Shown here in pieces: positions 42,213 through 52,561 of a stretch of 64,000 nt of DNA. The translations under genes and the position numbers were made by a program. The notes under the pieces are model-generated. The model saw only the letters and a program-made list of their open reading frames with translations, had not been told where the DNA came from and did not search any database. Position 1 is the first letter of the stretch. The number at the start of each line of letters is the position of its first letter. Source of the stretch: Spirochaetia bacterium (lineage in GTDB: Bacteria; Spirochaetota; Spirochaetia; DSM-2461); NCBI GenBank assembly GCA_963668315.1, contig OY764216.1:5120001-5184000 (forward strand), in the 5' to 3' direction.

Positions 42213-43331
42213 ATGCAAGCATTAGGTGAACTATTAAGAACGACAAGGGAAGAACGGGGTTACACACTGGACCAGGTTGTCCATGAAACAAATATTTCCC
42301 GTTCCTATATCGAGGATCTGGAAGGGGAAAGATTTGAAAATTTCCCCGCCGAAGCCTATCTCATCGGCTTTCTCAGAACCTATGCTGATTATCTGGGTCT
42401 GGATCCGGATAAGACCATAGCCCTTTACAGGAACCACAAACTCAAGGAAGAGCCCTCTCCCATCGAAGCGCTCGTGGGAAAAAAGAAACAGAAGATATCC
42501 CCCCTCTTTTTTATTATCGGGGGAGTTATCATCGTTCTGGCCGTGGCGGGTGGTTTGCTCGGCCCTTCCATCGCGGATAGTCTGAGCGAAAAGTCCGCCG
42601 CCAGGGAAGAAGCCCGCAAAGAGAAGGATGTAAGAACCTCCAAAGAGTGGAAGGTCGAAGGTGAACTGACCGAATTCCATGCCCTTGACGGAGACACCAT
42701 TCTTTTCAGCCGGGGTGATAAAACCGTCCGCTATGTCGTCACCGATATGGAAAACGGTCTGAATCTGAAGATCAGCGACGATCCCGAGCATCCGGGGTTC
42801 TTTTTCAGCCTGGGCAAAGAGGTGTTCTTCTCCCTCTTCAAGGATTCACCGGATTACCGGATCTATCTCAAGGATTACGGCTTTTCCCAGGGCGGAGGCG
42901 TTCTGGTTGTTCAGGAGCTGGCACAGGCCGAGATAGACAGAGAAGAAGATGACGTTGTCCTGGACACGGCTCTTATGGAAAATCCCGCCCCTTCAGGGGA
43001 GCAGTCGCGCACGGTGGACCCCGTGGTCATATACACCGTTCCCAGCGGGGAGCGTTTTACCCTGGACATCCGGTTCCGCGGGTACTGTCTGCTCCGTTAC
43101 AAAAGGGATTTCGATGAACCGATCGAGAAGTACTACAAAGACGGCGATACCCTGAGGGTGGAAGTCAACAGCCGCATGGAATTATGGCTGTCCAACGCCG
43201 GTGCCGTTTACGGAAAGATAAACGGAGTAGAACTCGATTTTGGCGATGCCGGCGAAGTTTCGGCAAAAAGGATACAATGGGCGAAAAATGAGTCAGGACA
43301 ATACGAACTCCTCCTTCTCCACGTCTACTAG
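42213..43331 (+). CDS. rodZ: RodZ-like HTH membrane protein
   Basis: LGELLR..RE..G, Y..GFLRTYA.YLGLD; one TM segment; C-terminal SNAGAV..ING (DUF4115-like). Confidence 0.8.
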   Translation: MQALGELLRTTREERGYTLDQVVHETNISRSYIEDLEGERFENFPAEAYLIGFLRTYADYLGLDPDKTIALYRNHKLKEEPSPIEALVGKKKQKISPLFFIIGGVIIVLAVAGGLLGPSIADSLSEKSAAREEARKEKDVRTSKEWKVEGELTEFHALDGDTILFSRGDKTVRYVVTDMENGLNLKISDDPEHPGFFFSLGKEVFFSLFKDSPDYRIYLKDYGFSQGGGVLVVQELAQAEIDREEDDVVLDTALMENPAPSGEQSRTVDPVVIYTVPSGERFTLDIRFRGYCLLRYKRDFDEPIEKYYKDGDTLRVEVNSRMELWLSNAGAVYGKINGVELDFGDAGEVSAKRIQWAKNESGQYELLLLHVY

Positions 43332-44652
43332 AAGTTTTTACATAGAGAACCTGGGCTGCTCCAAGAACCAGGTGGATGCGGAAATCATGGCATCCGCCCT
43401 GATGGACAGGGGCTGGCAGTTTTTCCGCCACGAACCGGAAAAAGCCTCCTATATTATTATCAATACCTGCGGCTTCATCGAGAGCGCCAAAGAAGAGGCT
43501 GTGAATACCATTCTCAGAGCCCTTCAGGAGTATCCCGATAAGAAAATCATCGCCGCCGGATGCATGGCCCAGCGCTACGGAAAGGAACTGTGTGAACAGA
43601 TACCCGAACTCACCGCCGTTTTCGGGAATAAGATTCCCGAGCGGGTGGCCGATTTTCTCGAGGACATTCCCGGAGACAGACTGTTAAAGCCTAAGGGCAC
43701 CAGCTCCTTTCCCCTGAGGAAAGAACTTTTCTCCTTCAAGGGATCGGCCTATGTGAAGATAGCCGAAGGCTGCAACAACAACTGCCGCTTCTGCGCCATC
43801 CCCCTTATCCGGGGTCCCGTGGTCAGCCGTCCCGCCGAGGACATTCTCAAGGAATTGAAGGATCTTTTGAATCGGGGCATCTTCGAACTGAACCTCGTGA
43901 CTCAGGATCTGGCGAACTGGGGACAGGAATGGGGACGTAACCTCAGCGATCTTCTGGCCGAAATAACAAAACTGGAAGGGGATTTCTGGATTCGCCTTCT
44001 CTATATCCATCCCGATCACTTCCCCATGGATATTCTGCCCATCATGCAGAAGGATCCCCGGATCATTCCCTACTTTGATATTCCCTTCCAGCATGCATCG
44101 GAAAAGGTACTCAGGGGAATGGGACGATTAGGCAGCGGAGAAACCTATCTTGAATTGATCAGGACCCTTCGCCGGGAACTGCCCGACTGCGTTATCCGCT
44201 CCACCTTCATGACCGGTTTTCCCGGAGAGGACAAAGCCGCCTTTGAAGAGCTTCTGGATTTTCAGGAAAAGGCCGAGCTGGACTGGGTGGGTGTATTTTC
44301 CTTCTCCCCCGAAGAGGACACCCCCGCCTACAGGGATAGCCAGTCCTTCCTGGCGAAGAGAACGATCGCCCGGGGAGAGAAAAGGAAGCAGATTGTCGAG
44401 GAGCATCAGGTCGGTCTGACCGAGAAGCGCCTGGAGAAATGGATAGGCCGGGAGACTCTCCTTCTGGTGGAGGAAGAGATCCCCGAAGAGGACCTCTATC
44501 TGTGCCGAAGCTACGGTCAGGCGCCGGAAATTGACGGGCTGACCGTTCTTCACGGGGAAGATCTCAAAACGGGGGATCAGATAAAGGCCCGTATCATCAA
44601 AGCGAATGGCTTTGACCTGGAGGCAGTCAGGCTGGAAGAAGGAGATCTCTGA
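43288..44652 (+). CDS. rimO: Ribosomal protein S12 methylthiotransferase RimO
   Basis: LGCSKNQVD, NTCGFIESAKEE, KIAEGCNNNCRFCAIP, APEIDG TRAM domain. Confidence 0.95.
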   Translation: MSQDNTNSSFSTSTRSFYIENLGCSKNQVDAEIMASALMDRGWQFFRHEPEKASYIIINTCGFIESAKEEAVNTILRALQEYPDKKIIAAGCMAQRYGKELCEQIPELTAVFGNKIPERVADFLEDIPGDRLLKPKGTSSFPLRKELFSFKGSAYVKIAEGCNNNCRFCAIPLIRGPVVSRPAEDILKELKDLLNRGIFELNLVTQDLANWGQEWGRNLSDLLAEITKLEGDFWIRLLYIHPDHFPMDILPIMQKDPRIIPYFDIPFQHASEKVLRGMGRLGSGETYLELIRTLRRELPDCVIRSTFMTGFPGEDKAAFEELLDFQEKAELDWVGVFSFSPEEDTPAYRDSQSFLAKRTIARGEKRKQIVEEHQVGLTEKRLEKWIGRETLLLVEEEIPEEDLYLCRSYGQAPEIDGLTVLHGEDLKTGDQIKARIIKANGFDLEAVRLEEGDL

Positions 44653-46817
44653 TGCATCCCCTTCTGCAGAAACAGCTGGATCTGCTCAATGAGCCGCAGA
44701 AGGAATCGGTTCTTCACGGAAAGGATCCCCTGCTGATACTGGCCGGTGCCGGTTCGGGTAAAACGCGGGTCATTACCACCCGCATCGCCTACCTCATCGG
44801 TTCCCAGCAGGTTCATCCCGCGTCCATTCTGGCCGTGACGTTCACCAACAAGGCAGCGGCGGAGATGAAGGAGCGGGTGGAGAATATGGCCCCCGGCTCC
44901 TCCCGGGTGATGATCAAGACCTTTCACTCCTTCGGAGCCTGGCTGCTTAGACTGAATGCGGAGCGCTGCGGCCTCAAACCCAGCTTTGTGATTTATGATG
45001 ACAAGGATTCGGTGGAACTCCTCCGCACGATCTATCCCGACCAGCCCCGTAATGAACTCAAAGTATACGCCAACCTCATATCCCGGGCGAAAGACGAGTG
45101 CCTCACCCCTTCGGATAACCTGAAGAGCATAAGCAGCGATCCCCGCTTTCCTGAATATTACGAAAAATACGAAGAGAAGATCCGCCGGGTGGGCAATGCC
45201 GATTTCGGTGACCTGATAGCCATGCCTGTCCATCTGCTCAGAGGCAATGAAGAGATCCGGCTCAGGCTGCGGCAACGTTTTCAAGCCATTCTGGTCGATG
45301 AATACCAGGACACCAACCGGGCCCAGGATCTCCTCCTTGAGCAGCTTGTGGGACCTGAAAACCGGCTCTGCGTGGTGGGGGACGACGATCAGTCCATCTA
45401 CCGGTTCAGGGGAGCCCGGGTAGAGAATATTCTGAGCTTCGAGAAGCGCTTTCCCCAGACCAAGGTTATCCGCCTGGAGGAGAACTACCGCTCCACCGGC
45501 CATATCCTGGCCGCCGCCTCGGCCGTGGTGGACAACAACCAGGGCCGGCTGGGAAAAACACTGTGGACCAGAAAGGGCGACGGAGAGAAACCACGGGTTC
45601 TCTACTTTTCCGACCAGAAGGAAGAAACCCGTTACGTGGTCGATCTTCTGCGGGACAAACGCTACGAAGAGACGGCCATCCTCTACAGGACTAACGCCCA
45701 GTCGAAAAACTTTGAAGACACCTTCCGCAAGAACAATATACCCTACCGTCTGGTAGGAAACCTGAGTTTCTACGAGCGGGAAGAGGTCAAGGATGCCCTG
45801 GCTTTCCTGAGCCTTCTTCTCAATAACGCCGACGAAGTGGCCATGAGGCGGATCATCAATAAACCCGCCCGGGGAGTGGGTGCCGGAGCCCTTGAGAAAA
45901 TTGATCCTTTTCTGGAAGAAACGGACGATGTTCTGGAAGCGGTCAGACTCTCCCTCCCCTATCAGAGGGGCAAGGCGAAAACCAGTTTGGAGAAGTTTGC
46001 CGCCTCCTATCAGAAACCGATCTGGGACAGCGAACAGGACTCCCTGGCCTACTATATCCGCACCTTCCTCGACCGCTTTGAGCTGATGGAACACTACCGC
46101 ACCCGTGACCGGGCGGAAGGGACCACAAGGGAAGACAATATCCATGAGCTTATCAACAGCGCCTCGGAGTACCGAGGTACCCCGGAAGAGCTGATACGCT
46201 TTATGGAAGAACAGGGCCTGAATCCCCCCTCCCACGAAGAAACGGAGCATGTCAGGGGGGTTACTCTGATTACGATGCACAACACCAAGGGTCTGGAATT
46301 CGAAAGGGTGATCATATCCGGAATGGAAGAGGGGCTCTTTCCGAGGGGCGGCAGCGACGTCTACGAGAACGAAGAGGATACGGAGGAGGAGAGGCGGCTG
46401 TTCTACGTCGCCGTGACCCGGGCCATGAAGGAACTCTATATGACCAGCTGCCGGTACCGCCCCCGCTACGGAAGGATGGAAGAGAGCTGGCCTTCCCGCT
46501 TTATCAACGAACTTCCCGCGGATCACATAATAGAAGAAGCTCCCTACGACAACTTCGGCACCTTTGAACAGGCCAAAGAACCCTGGGACGAGAGCCAGGA
46601 ACAGAACGTAAAGGGAGTGTCGAAAGAACTGAGCGGATTCCGCCAGGGCACACGGGTCTACCACGACGATTACGGAACGGGTGTCGTATTCAACGTCATC
46701 AACAACGGGGGACATGTCGTTATCAACGTACAGTTCGAATCGGGAAAAACCGCCGTTCTGATGCCGGAGTTCTGCTCCCACAAACTGGAGAAGCTTGCCG
46801 ATGACGAATGGCAATAA
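44652..46817 (+). CDS. pcrA: ATP-dependent DNA helicase PcrA/UvrD
   Basis: AGAGSGKT, VDEYQDTN, LEENYRST, KGLEF, EERRLFYVAVTRA. Confidence 0.95.
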   Translation: MHPLLQKQLDLLNEPQKESVLHGKDPLLILAGAGSGKTRVITTRIAYLIGSQQVHPASILAVTFTNKAAAEMKERVENMAPGSSRVMIKTFHSFGAWLLRLNAERCGLKPSFVIYDDKDSVELLRTIYPDQPRNELKVYANLISRAKDECLTPSDNLKSISSDPRFPEYYEKYEEKIRRVGNADFGDLIAMPVHLLRGNEEIRLRLRQRFQAILVDEYQDTNRAQDLLLEQLVGPENRLCVVGDDDQSIYRFRGARVENILSFEKRFPQTKVIRLEENYRSTGHILAAASAVVDNNQGRLGKTLWTRKGDGEKPRVLYFSDQKEETRYVVDLLRDKRYEETAILYRTNAQSKNFEDTFRKNNIPYRLVGNLSFYEREEVKDALAFLSLLLNNADEVAMRRIINKPARGVGAGALEKIDPFLEETDDVLEAVRLSLPYQRGKAKTSLEKFAASYQKPIWDSEQDSLAYYIRTFLDRFELMEHYRTRDRAEGTTREDNIHELINSASEYRGTPEELIRFMEEQGLNPPSHEETEHVRGVTLITMHNTKGLEFERVIISGMEEGLFPRGGSDVYENEEDTEEERRLFYVAVTRAMKELYMTSCRYRPRYGRMEESWPSRFINELPADHIIEEAPYDNFGTFEQAKEPWDESQEQNVKGVSKELSGFRQGTRVYHDDYGTGVVFNVINNGGHVVINVQFESGKTAVLMPEFCSHKLEKLADDEWQ

Positions 46818-47541
46818 CATACCTGCTTCCCTGCCGCCCATCAAGCGCTGCCGGGATTATCACCTTTACGATTATGCGGGAAACCGCTATCTTGATCTTT
46901 ACCTGGATGGGGGCAGAGCCCTGATGGGCCATAAACCGGGGAAGACCATGCTTCCCTTGAAGAACAGCCTGGAGAAGGGCATCTGGGCCCCTTACCCCTC
47001 GGTTTACGAAGCCCGCCTGGAAAAACTGATTGCCCGGCTGTTCCCCGCCTATCCCAACAGAGCGTTTTTCGCCAACCGGGAACGGATGGAGATAAGTCTG
47101 GGTAAGGAAATTCTCGGAAGGACTGCGGAATGGCTTCCCCTGACGGAACAGGAAGCCCCCTATCTTATCGTCAGGCCGCTTATTCCCGGCATTGACCAGA
47201 CGCATATTGTTCTGGCCGCCGAGCCTCTTCCCCGGGGAGATACGCTTTCTCCGGTTCTTCTGGAAGGGATAATACGAAATTTTCACGATTTTGAGCAGTT
47301 CAGGGAAAAACTGGACACATCCCTCTGGACCCTTTTTGACCGTATGCCCGACTGGAAGAGAAACGGTCCCACTCTGGAGTACCGGGGACAGGCCGATTAT
47401 TCCCTTCTTGTGGAAAGAGCCCTTCAGTCTAAAGTCCTGCTTCCCGCCCGAAAGGAGCAGCCCGTCTTTCTTCCCTCAATCCTTTCGGCCCATGAAATAA
47501 AACTTCTCTCTGAACTATTTTCCCCGACAGAAGGAGACTGA
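46801..47541 (+). CDS. Hypothetical protein, truncated class-III aminotransferase-like
   Basis: R.RDYHLYD..GNRYLDL...GG.A.MGH resembles the HemL/ArgD N-terminus; no PLP-lysine motif seen. Confidence 0.65.
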   Translation: MTNGNNIPASLPPIKRCRDYHLYDYAGNRYLDLYLDGGRALMGHKPGKTMLPLKNSLEKGIWAPYPSVYEARLEKLIARLFPAYPNRAFFANRERMEISLGKEILGRTAEWLPLTEQEAPYLIVRPLIPGIDQTHIVLAAEPLPRGDTLSPVLLEGIIRNFHDFEQFREKLDTSLWTLFDRMPDWKRNGPTLEYRGQADYSLLVERALQSKVLLPARKEQPVFLPSILSAHEIKLLSELFSPTEGD

Positions 47542-47543
47542 CC

Positions 47544-47843
47544 ATGACTACCGGAACCCTCGTTTTCATCGCCCTGAAACTTTTATTCGGATTCCTCATA
47601 GCCTTCCTGGCGATTCTTGCCTGGGCCAGAACGAGGGACGGGGCGTGGATCTTCCTTATCGCGGGAACCCTTGTCCGCTATGTAGAGCTCATCTACTCCA
47701 TCCTTTCCGACCTGGAAGTTCTGAACCCCGAATGGGGGTATGTAAATGGCTTTCCCCTGCTCTCGGTGACCCTGACCATTCTTCCCCTGGCTTTCATGGC
47801 CGTCGGATTCTCCCTTTTTCTCCTGCACAAGCGTAAATTCTGA
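47544..47843 (+). CDS. Small membrane protein (3 TM segments)
   Basis: GGAG RBS; hydrophobic segments. Confidence 0.75.
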   Translation: MTTGTLVFIALKLLFGFLIAFLAILAWARTRDGAWIFLIAGTLVRYVELIYSILSDLEVLNPEWGYVNGFPLLSVTLTILPLAFMAVGFSLFLLHKRKF

Positions 47844-47875
47844 AATAAAAGAAAAAGCGCACTATAATTCATCCC

Positions 47876-48829
47876 ATGAAAAGAGTACTGTCTTTTTTTT
47901 GCGGATGCCTTCTCCTTTCCTGCCAGACGGCGCCTCCCCCCGGGGAGGATAATACCGATTACAGACAGGAAATGCGCCGTCTGGTGATCGATCTCTCCGC
48001 GTATGCCCGCCTTCGTGATTCCGACTTTATCCTGATTCCGCAGAACGGTCAGGAGCTGATTTCGGGAGCCGCCCGGGATTATATGGAGAGCATAGACGGA
48101 ACAGGGAGGGAAGATCTGAATTTCGGCTATACCGGAGATAACCGAAGGACACCGGAGAAAGAGAACGAATCTATGCTTGCCCTGTGCCGGATGTTTGCCT
48201 CCCGGGGAAAAACCGTACTTGTTATCGATTACTGCCGGGATGAAAGCAAAGCCGATATGGCCTTCGCGGCCAATGAGCGGGAGGGGTTCCTCAGTTTTGC
48301 CGCTCCGGACAGAAATCTTAGGCAGATCCCCCCCTACCCTGAGACACCCCGCCATACCGGAGGGCAGAATATTACCAGCCTGGGAGAGGGGCGCAATTTT
48401 CTTTATCTGATCAATGACGATGACTACCGGGACAGAGAGGACCTGCTCCGGGATCTCCGGAAAACCGATTATGATATACTGATCATTGACCTCTGTTTCC
48501 AGGAGAGTTTCTGGACTGCCTCCTAAATTGAATCGCTTAAAGGGAAAAGCAACGGGGGAAGCCGGCTTGTTCTGGCTTACATGAGCATAGGGGAAGCGGA
48601 GGATTACCGCTGGTACTGGCGGGATGAATGGAAAAAGGACAGCCCCTCCTGGCTGGAGGAGGAAAATCCGTCCTGGAGAGGAAATTTCAAAGTCCGTTAC
48701 TGGGAGGCCGATTGGAGGGCGATTCTCTTCGGGTCGTCCGATTCCTATCTGGACCATATCCTCGCCTCCTCATTCGACGGCGCCTATCTGGATATTATTG
48801 ACGGGTTCGAATACTTTGAAAACCGCTAA
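47876..48829 (+). pseudogene. Endo-alpha-1,4-polygalactosaminidase-like (GH114/MJ1477-like) lipoprotein broken by an in-frame TAA
   Basis: IPQNG..EDL and AYMSIGEAEDYRWYW...FDGAYLD; TAA at 48524-48526 with the frame continuing IESLKGKSNGGSRLVLAYMS. Confidence 0.85.
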
Positions 48830-48832
48830 ACC

Positions 48833-49960
48833 CTACCCCCTTCTCTGCCGGGCCGCCTGGGCGGCTTTTATCTGCTCCGAGGCTTCCTTTGATATCTTCA
48901 TGAACTCAGGAATGGCATGGGCGAAGAACTTTTTATAGCCCCCGCAGAGATGGCTGAGCGAGCCCTTGTTCCGGGGAAAGTTTTCCCTGTGCTTCTGGCA
49001 GTCGCCCAGGCAGTAATTAAACCACTCGCAGTCGGGACAGGCGGGATTCAGAAGCATTTTGCGTAATCCGAAATCGGCATATTTTGGGGAATCGAGAAAA
49101 CTCTGCCAGGTCGCCGTTCTGATGTTCCCCAGTTTAAGTTCAGGCCTTACAAAGAAGTCGCAGGGATAAACGCTCCCGTCATGCTCAACCACAAAATACT
49201 GGCAGCAGTTCCCGTCCATATGGCAGACGTTGGAACGCCCGGTCAGCATCCGGTTTACGATGGAGTCAAAATAGCGGATCGAAACGCTGTGAATATCATC
49301 GGGATACCAGGAATCGAACAGCTCTATGAGAAAATCACCCCACTCTTCCCCGTCAACGCACCAGCTTTGACCGAATTCCACACAGGGTATGTACTGCTGG
49401 AACCTGAAGCCCTGCTCCTTGAAGAAACGGTATATCGCCCCGGCGTGCTTCACCGAATGGCTGTTGACCAGGGTGAGGATATTATATTCCACGCCATGCC
49501 TTTCCAGTATCTCGATGCCTTTCATGACACGGCTGTGAGTTCCCTTGCCGCCGGCGTCCTTCCTATACTTATCGTGGATGAAATCCGGTCCGTCCAGACT
49601 TATCCCCACAAGAAATTTGTATTCCGCCAGAAGTTCGGCGAATTCATCATTTATCAGGATCCCGTTAGTCTGGATGGCATTGGAAACCGTGGCTCCCCGG
49701 GGAGCATACTTCTTCTCCAGCTCCACGACCTTACGGTAGAAATCAACCCCCATGATGGTCGGTTCCCCTCCCTGGAATGCCAGGGAATAGGCGGGCTGAG
49801 CCGTCTTCATATACCCCTTGATCAATTTTTCCAGAATCGCCTCGGTCATACGGGGCTGATTCTTCTGCATTTTCAGATGTTCAAGATAAAAACAGTAATC
49901 ACAGCGTATATTGCAATCGGCTCCCGCCGGTTTGATTAAAAGGCTAAAAGGCTTGTTCAT
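48833..49960 (-). CDS. Anaerobic sulfatase maturase (radical SAM/SPASM)
   Basis: IKPAGADCNIRCDYCFY, QGGEPT, QTNG, SLDG; SPASM cysteines. Confidence 0.9.
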   Translation of the reverse strand: MNKPFSLLIKPAGADCNIRCDYCFYLEHLKMQKNQPRMTEAILEKLIKGYMKTAQPAYSLAFQGGEPTIMGVDFYRKVVELEKKYAPRGATVSNAIQTNGILINDEFAELLAEYKFLVGISLDGPDFIHDKYRKDAGGKGTHSRVMKGIEILERHGVEYNILTLVNSHSVKHAGAIYRFFKEQGFRFQQYIPCVEFGQSWCVDGEEWGDFLIELFDSWYPDDIHSVSIRYFDSIVNRMLTGRSNVCHMDGNCCQYFVVEHDGSVYPCDFFVRPELKLGNIRTATWQSFLDSPKYADFGLRKMLLNPACPDCEWFNYCLGDCQKHRENFPRNKGSLSHLCGGYKKFFAHAIPEFMKISKEASEQIKAAQAARQRRG

Positions 49961-50021
49961 GGGCACCATTCTACCCTTTTTCCCTTGCTCAAACAAGCTT
50001 AGTATAGTACAAAGAAGCGAT

Positions 50022-50405
50022 ATGAAAATTATGAAATTACTGCTTTTAACCCTATGCATCTCTCTGGTTTCCCTTCTCTCCGGCTGCCGGAAAGAACCGG
50101 GGATCCCCCTGGCATACTTCTATCTGGAAGTCTGTCCGGGCTGTGAAAGCTATATTAAGGCTGAAGCGTTGAGCAACACAGTCGCCGAACTGGTTAAATC
50201 GGGCAGATATGAGGGGCGAAGCTGGAACATGGGTCACTCTTCCGAGGATTCCGGCGCCATCCTTATGAACATGATAGAAGAGAGAAATCTTCCCGATATA
50301 TCCTACGCCCTTCCCCTTCTGTTCGTCGGCGACGATTACTACGTGGGATATGAAGATATAGAATCCACCCTCTCCCGTCTACAGGAAGATCTTACAAAAG
50401 AATAA
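50022..50405 (+). CDS. Thioredoxin/glutaredoxin-like lipoprotein
   Basis: Lipobox LSGC; CPGC; LPLLFVGD..YVG cis-Pro region. Confidence 0.7.
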   Translation: MKIMKLLLLTLCISLVSLLSGCRKEPGIPLAYFYLEVCPGCESYIKAEALSNTVAELVKSGRYEGRSWNMGHSSEDSGAILMNMIEERNLPDISYALPLLFVGDDYYVGYEDIESTLSRLQEDLTKE

Positions 50406-51813
50406 CCAGCACTCCGGCCGCCAGGAAAAACAGAGCCGTGAGAATTTTTACCGTTCCCAGTCTTTCCCTGAACCAGTCACCCAGCTTCTCCGAAGTGAGA
50501 CCGCGGTAGGCCAGCAGAAAAACCACGGCCAGGGGCAGTATGAACGCGAGGTTATAGAGAAGAAGCAGAAGGATGCCGTTCCCTTCTCCCTTTCTGATCA
50601 TGAGATAGAGGGTGGGCAGGTAGATCTGCCCCGTACAGCCCAGTTCATAAATGGTCACGAAAAATCCCATGCCGCACGCCCCCAATACGGGTAGAGCCGA
50701 TCTCACGCCCCCTCGGACAGACCGGTGGACAGCCTTCTTCATCCGGGGGGAAAGTTGCAGAGTCATATCGGAAGTATTTCCCTTTCTTACCCGGGACCAG
50801 TCCCTCAGGCTCAAAAGGCCGAGGAAAAGAAGCACCGAAGCACCGCCCCACTTCAAAAAGGCGGAAATCCAGGGATAGCCCATGGATTTCTTCAGAAACA
50901 GAAAGGCCCCGGCTCCCACCGCCGTGTAGGTGATGAAAACGGTCAGTGTAAAGGATAAACCGACCGCCAGAATCTCCCGCCGGTCCCTTTTTCTGAGTCC
51001 CAGATAGGCCAGCAGAAAAATGAGAGTACTGAAGGCGCAGGGATTGATTCCATCAAGCAGACCGGCGCCTCCTACGAGAACCCATAGGGGGGCGGCCACG
51101 GCGGCAGTGGAGACCTGCTCGGTGCCCGGCTGATATTCTCCCTTCAGAACCGCCTCTAGGGAGTCGCGTATCTGACTGTCACCGGCCAGGATAAAATCAC
51201 CCGTATCGAGTATGGGAAGGGCGTCGGTCTGAATCCCCGCCTGGTCGAGCCGCTCCCGGAGTCTTGCCATTCCCTCTTCTTCGTAGATGTTCACCCTTTC
51301 CAGCCCGATAGAAAGGCCGGTTTCCTCTTCAAACCGGGGAATTTCCCTCTCCAGAAACTCCCGGCAGTCCCGGCAGGAGGGGGAAAAATAGTAAACAAAC
51401 CGGCGGTCATGGTCTTCACCGTCGGGTTCTATCTGGCCGGCCAGGAAATCCCGGGGGGAATATATCATGAAACGCTCCTGAGCCGTCCCCCCCCGGGGCA
51501 GTATGACCACGGGAAAGATTCTTTCTCCCTCCGGGGGGATATCTCCCTTCCAGAAAAAGGCGGCCCGTCTTGTTTCGTTACCCCCGAGAGTCAGAACGGC
51601 CGGTTCGGCACTCATCTCGGGACGGGACAGGATAAAGCGGAGGGTGATCTCTTTGCCGGACAGATTCTCGATTTCCACGCTGATTCCTTCGGTAAAAAAA
51701 GGGGAATTCTCCTCATCGGCCAGTTCCCATTTATCGGGGATGAACCGGATATCCTGCCCTGCCAGGCAGAAAAGAGAAAAGAGAAAAATCAGCGGAAGAG
51801 AGAGACGTTTCAT
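50392..51813 (-). CDS. Thioredoxin-fold plus CcdA/DsbD-type membrane protein
   Basis: FSPSCRDC; GLLDGINPCAF and ELGCTGQIY. Confidence 0.82.
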   Translation of the reverse strand: MKRLSLPLIFLFSLFCLAGQDIRFIPDKWELADEENSPFFTEGISVEIENLSGKEITLRFILSRPEMSAEPAVLTLGGNETRRAAFFWKGDIPPEGERIFPVVILPRGGTAQERFMIYSPRDFLAGQIEPDGEDHDRRFVYYFSPSCRDCREFLEREIPRFEEETGLSIGLERVNIYEEEGMARLRERLDQAGIQTDALPILDTGDFILAGDSQIRDSLEAVLKGEYQPGTEQVSTAAVAAPLWVLVGGAGLLDGINPCAFSTLIFLLAYLGLRKRDRREILAVGLSFTLTVFITYTAVGAGAFLFLKKSMGYPWISAFLKWGGASVLLFLGLLSLRDWSRVRKGNTSDMTLQLSPRMKKAVHRSVRGGVRSALPVLGACGMGFFVTIYELGCTGQIYLPTLYLMIRKGEGNGILLLLLYNLAFILPLAVVFLLAYRGLTSEKLGDWFRERLGTVKILTALFFLAAGVLVILL

Positions 51814-51901
51814 CGGAGACAGTATATCAGGGAAGAATCTCCTTGGCCAGAAAGGTGAAAAAAAAATGAAACCCCTTGACAGTTTTTTGTATTCGATATA
51901 A

Positions 51902-51920
51902 ATTTGTAATCGTTACAAAT
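51902..51920. promoter_or_regulatory. PerR/Fur-like operator upstream of rbr-perR
   Basis: ATTTGTAA-TCG-TTACAAAT palindrome overlapping the -10 of a TTGACA (51876) promoter. Confidence 0.7.
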
Positions 51921-51957
51921 AATCACGATAAAAAATTATTCCAAGGAGAAACAAATT

Positions 51958-52503
51958 ATGAAATGGGTATGCTCTGTATGCGGTTATGTCTACGAAGGTC
52001 CTGAACCTCCCGAAAAATGTCCCCAGTGCGGTGCGGACAAAAGCAAGTTCACCAAATCGGAAGGAATCGACGGTATTGTATGGGCCGACGCTCATAAGAT
52101 CGGCGTAGCTCAGGGTCTTGATGAAGAAGTAGTCAAAGGCTTACAGGAAAATTTCATGGGCGAATGTACCGAAGTCGGTATGTACCTCGCTATGAGCAGA
52201 CAGGCTGACAGGGAAGGATATCCCGAAGTCGCCGAAGCTTACAAAAGAATCGCCTTCGAGGAAGCCGATCACGCATCCCGTTTTGCAGAACTTCTCGGTG
52301 AGGTTGTCTTTGCCGATACAAAGAAAAACCTTGAACTGCGCGTAGAAGCCGAAAAGGGAGCGACCGAAGGCAAACTGGCCATCGCGAAAAGAGCCAAAGA
52401 ACTCGGTTACGATGCCATACATGACACGGTTCATGAAATGTGCAAAGACGAAGCCAGACACGGTTCAGCCTTCCTGGGACTTCTGAAAAGATACTTCGCC
52501 TAA
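51958..52503 (+). CDS. rbr: Reverse rubrerythrin / NADH peroxidase
   Basis: N-terminal [29 protein letters not shown]. Confidence 0.93.
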   Translation: MKWVCSVCGYVYEGPEPPEKCPQCGADKSKFTKSEGIDGIVWADAHKIGVAQGLDEEVVKGLQENFMGECTEVGMYLAMSRQADREGYPEVAEAYKRIAFEEADHASRFAELLGEVVFADTKKNLELRVEAEKGATEGKLAIAKRAKELGYDAIHDTVHEMCKDEARHGSAFLGLLKRYFA

Positions 52504-52561
52504 TTAAGCGAACGGAGGCAAGGGGGAGTTTTCCTTTAAGGGGACTCCCCCGAATCTGCTT

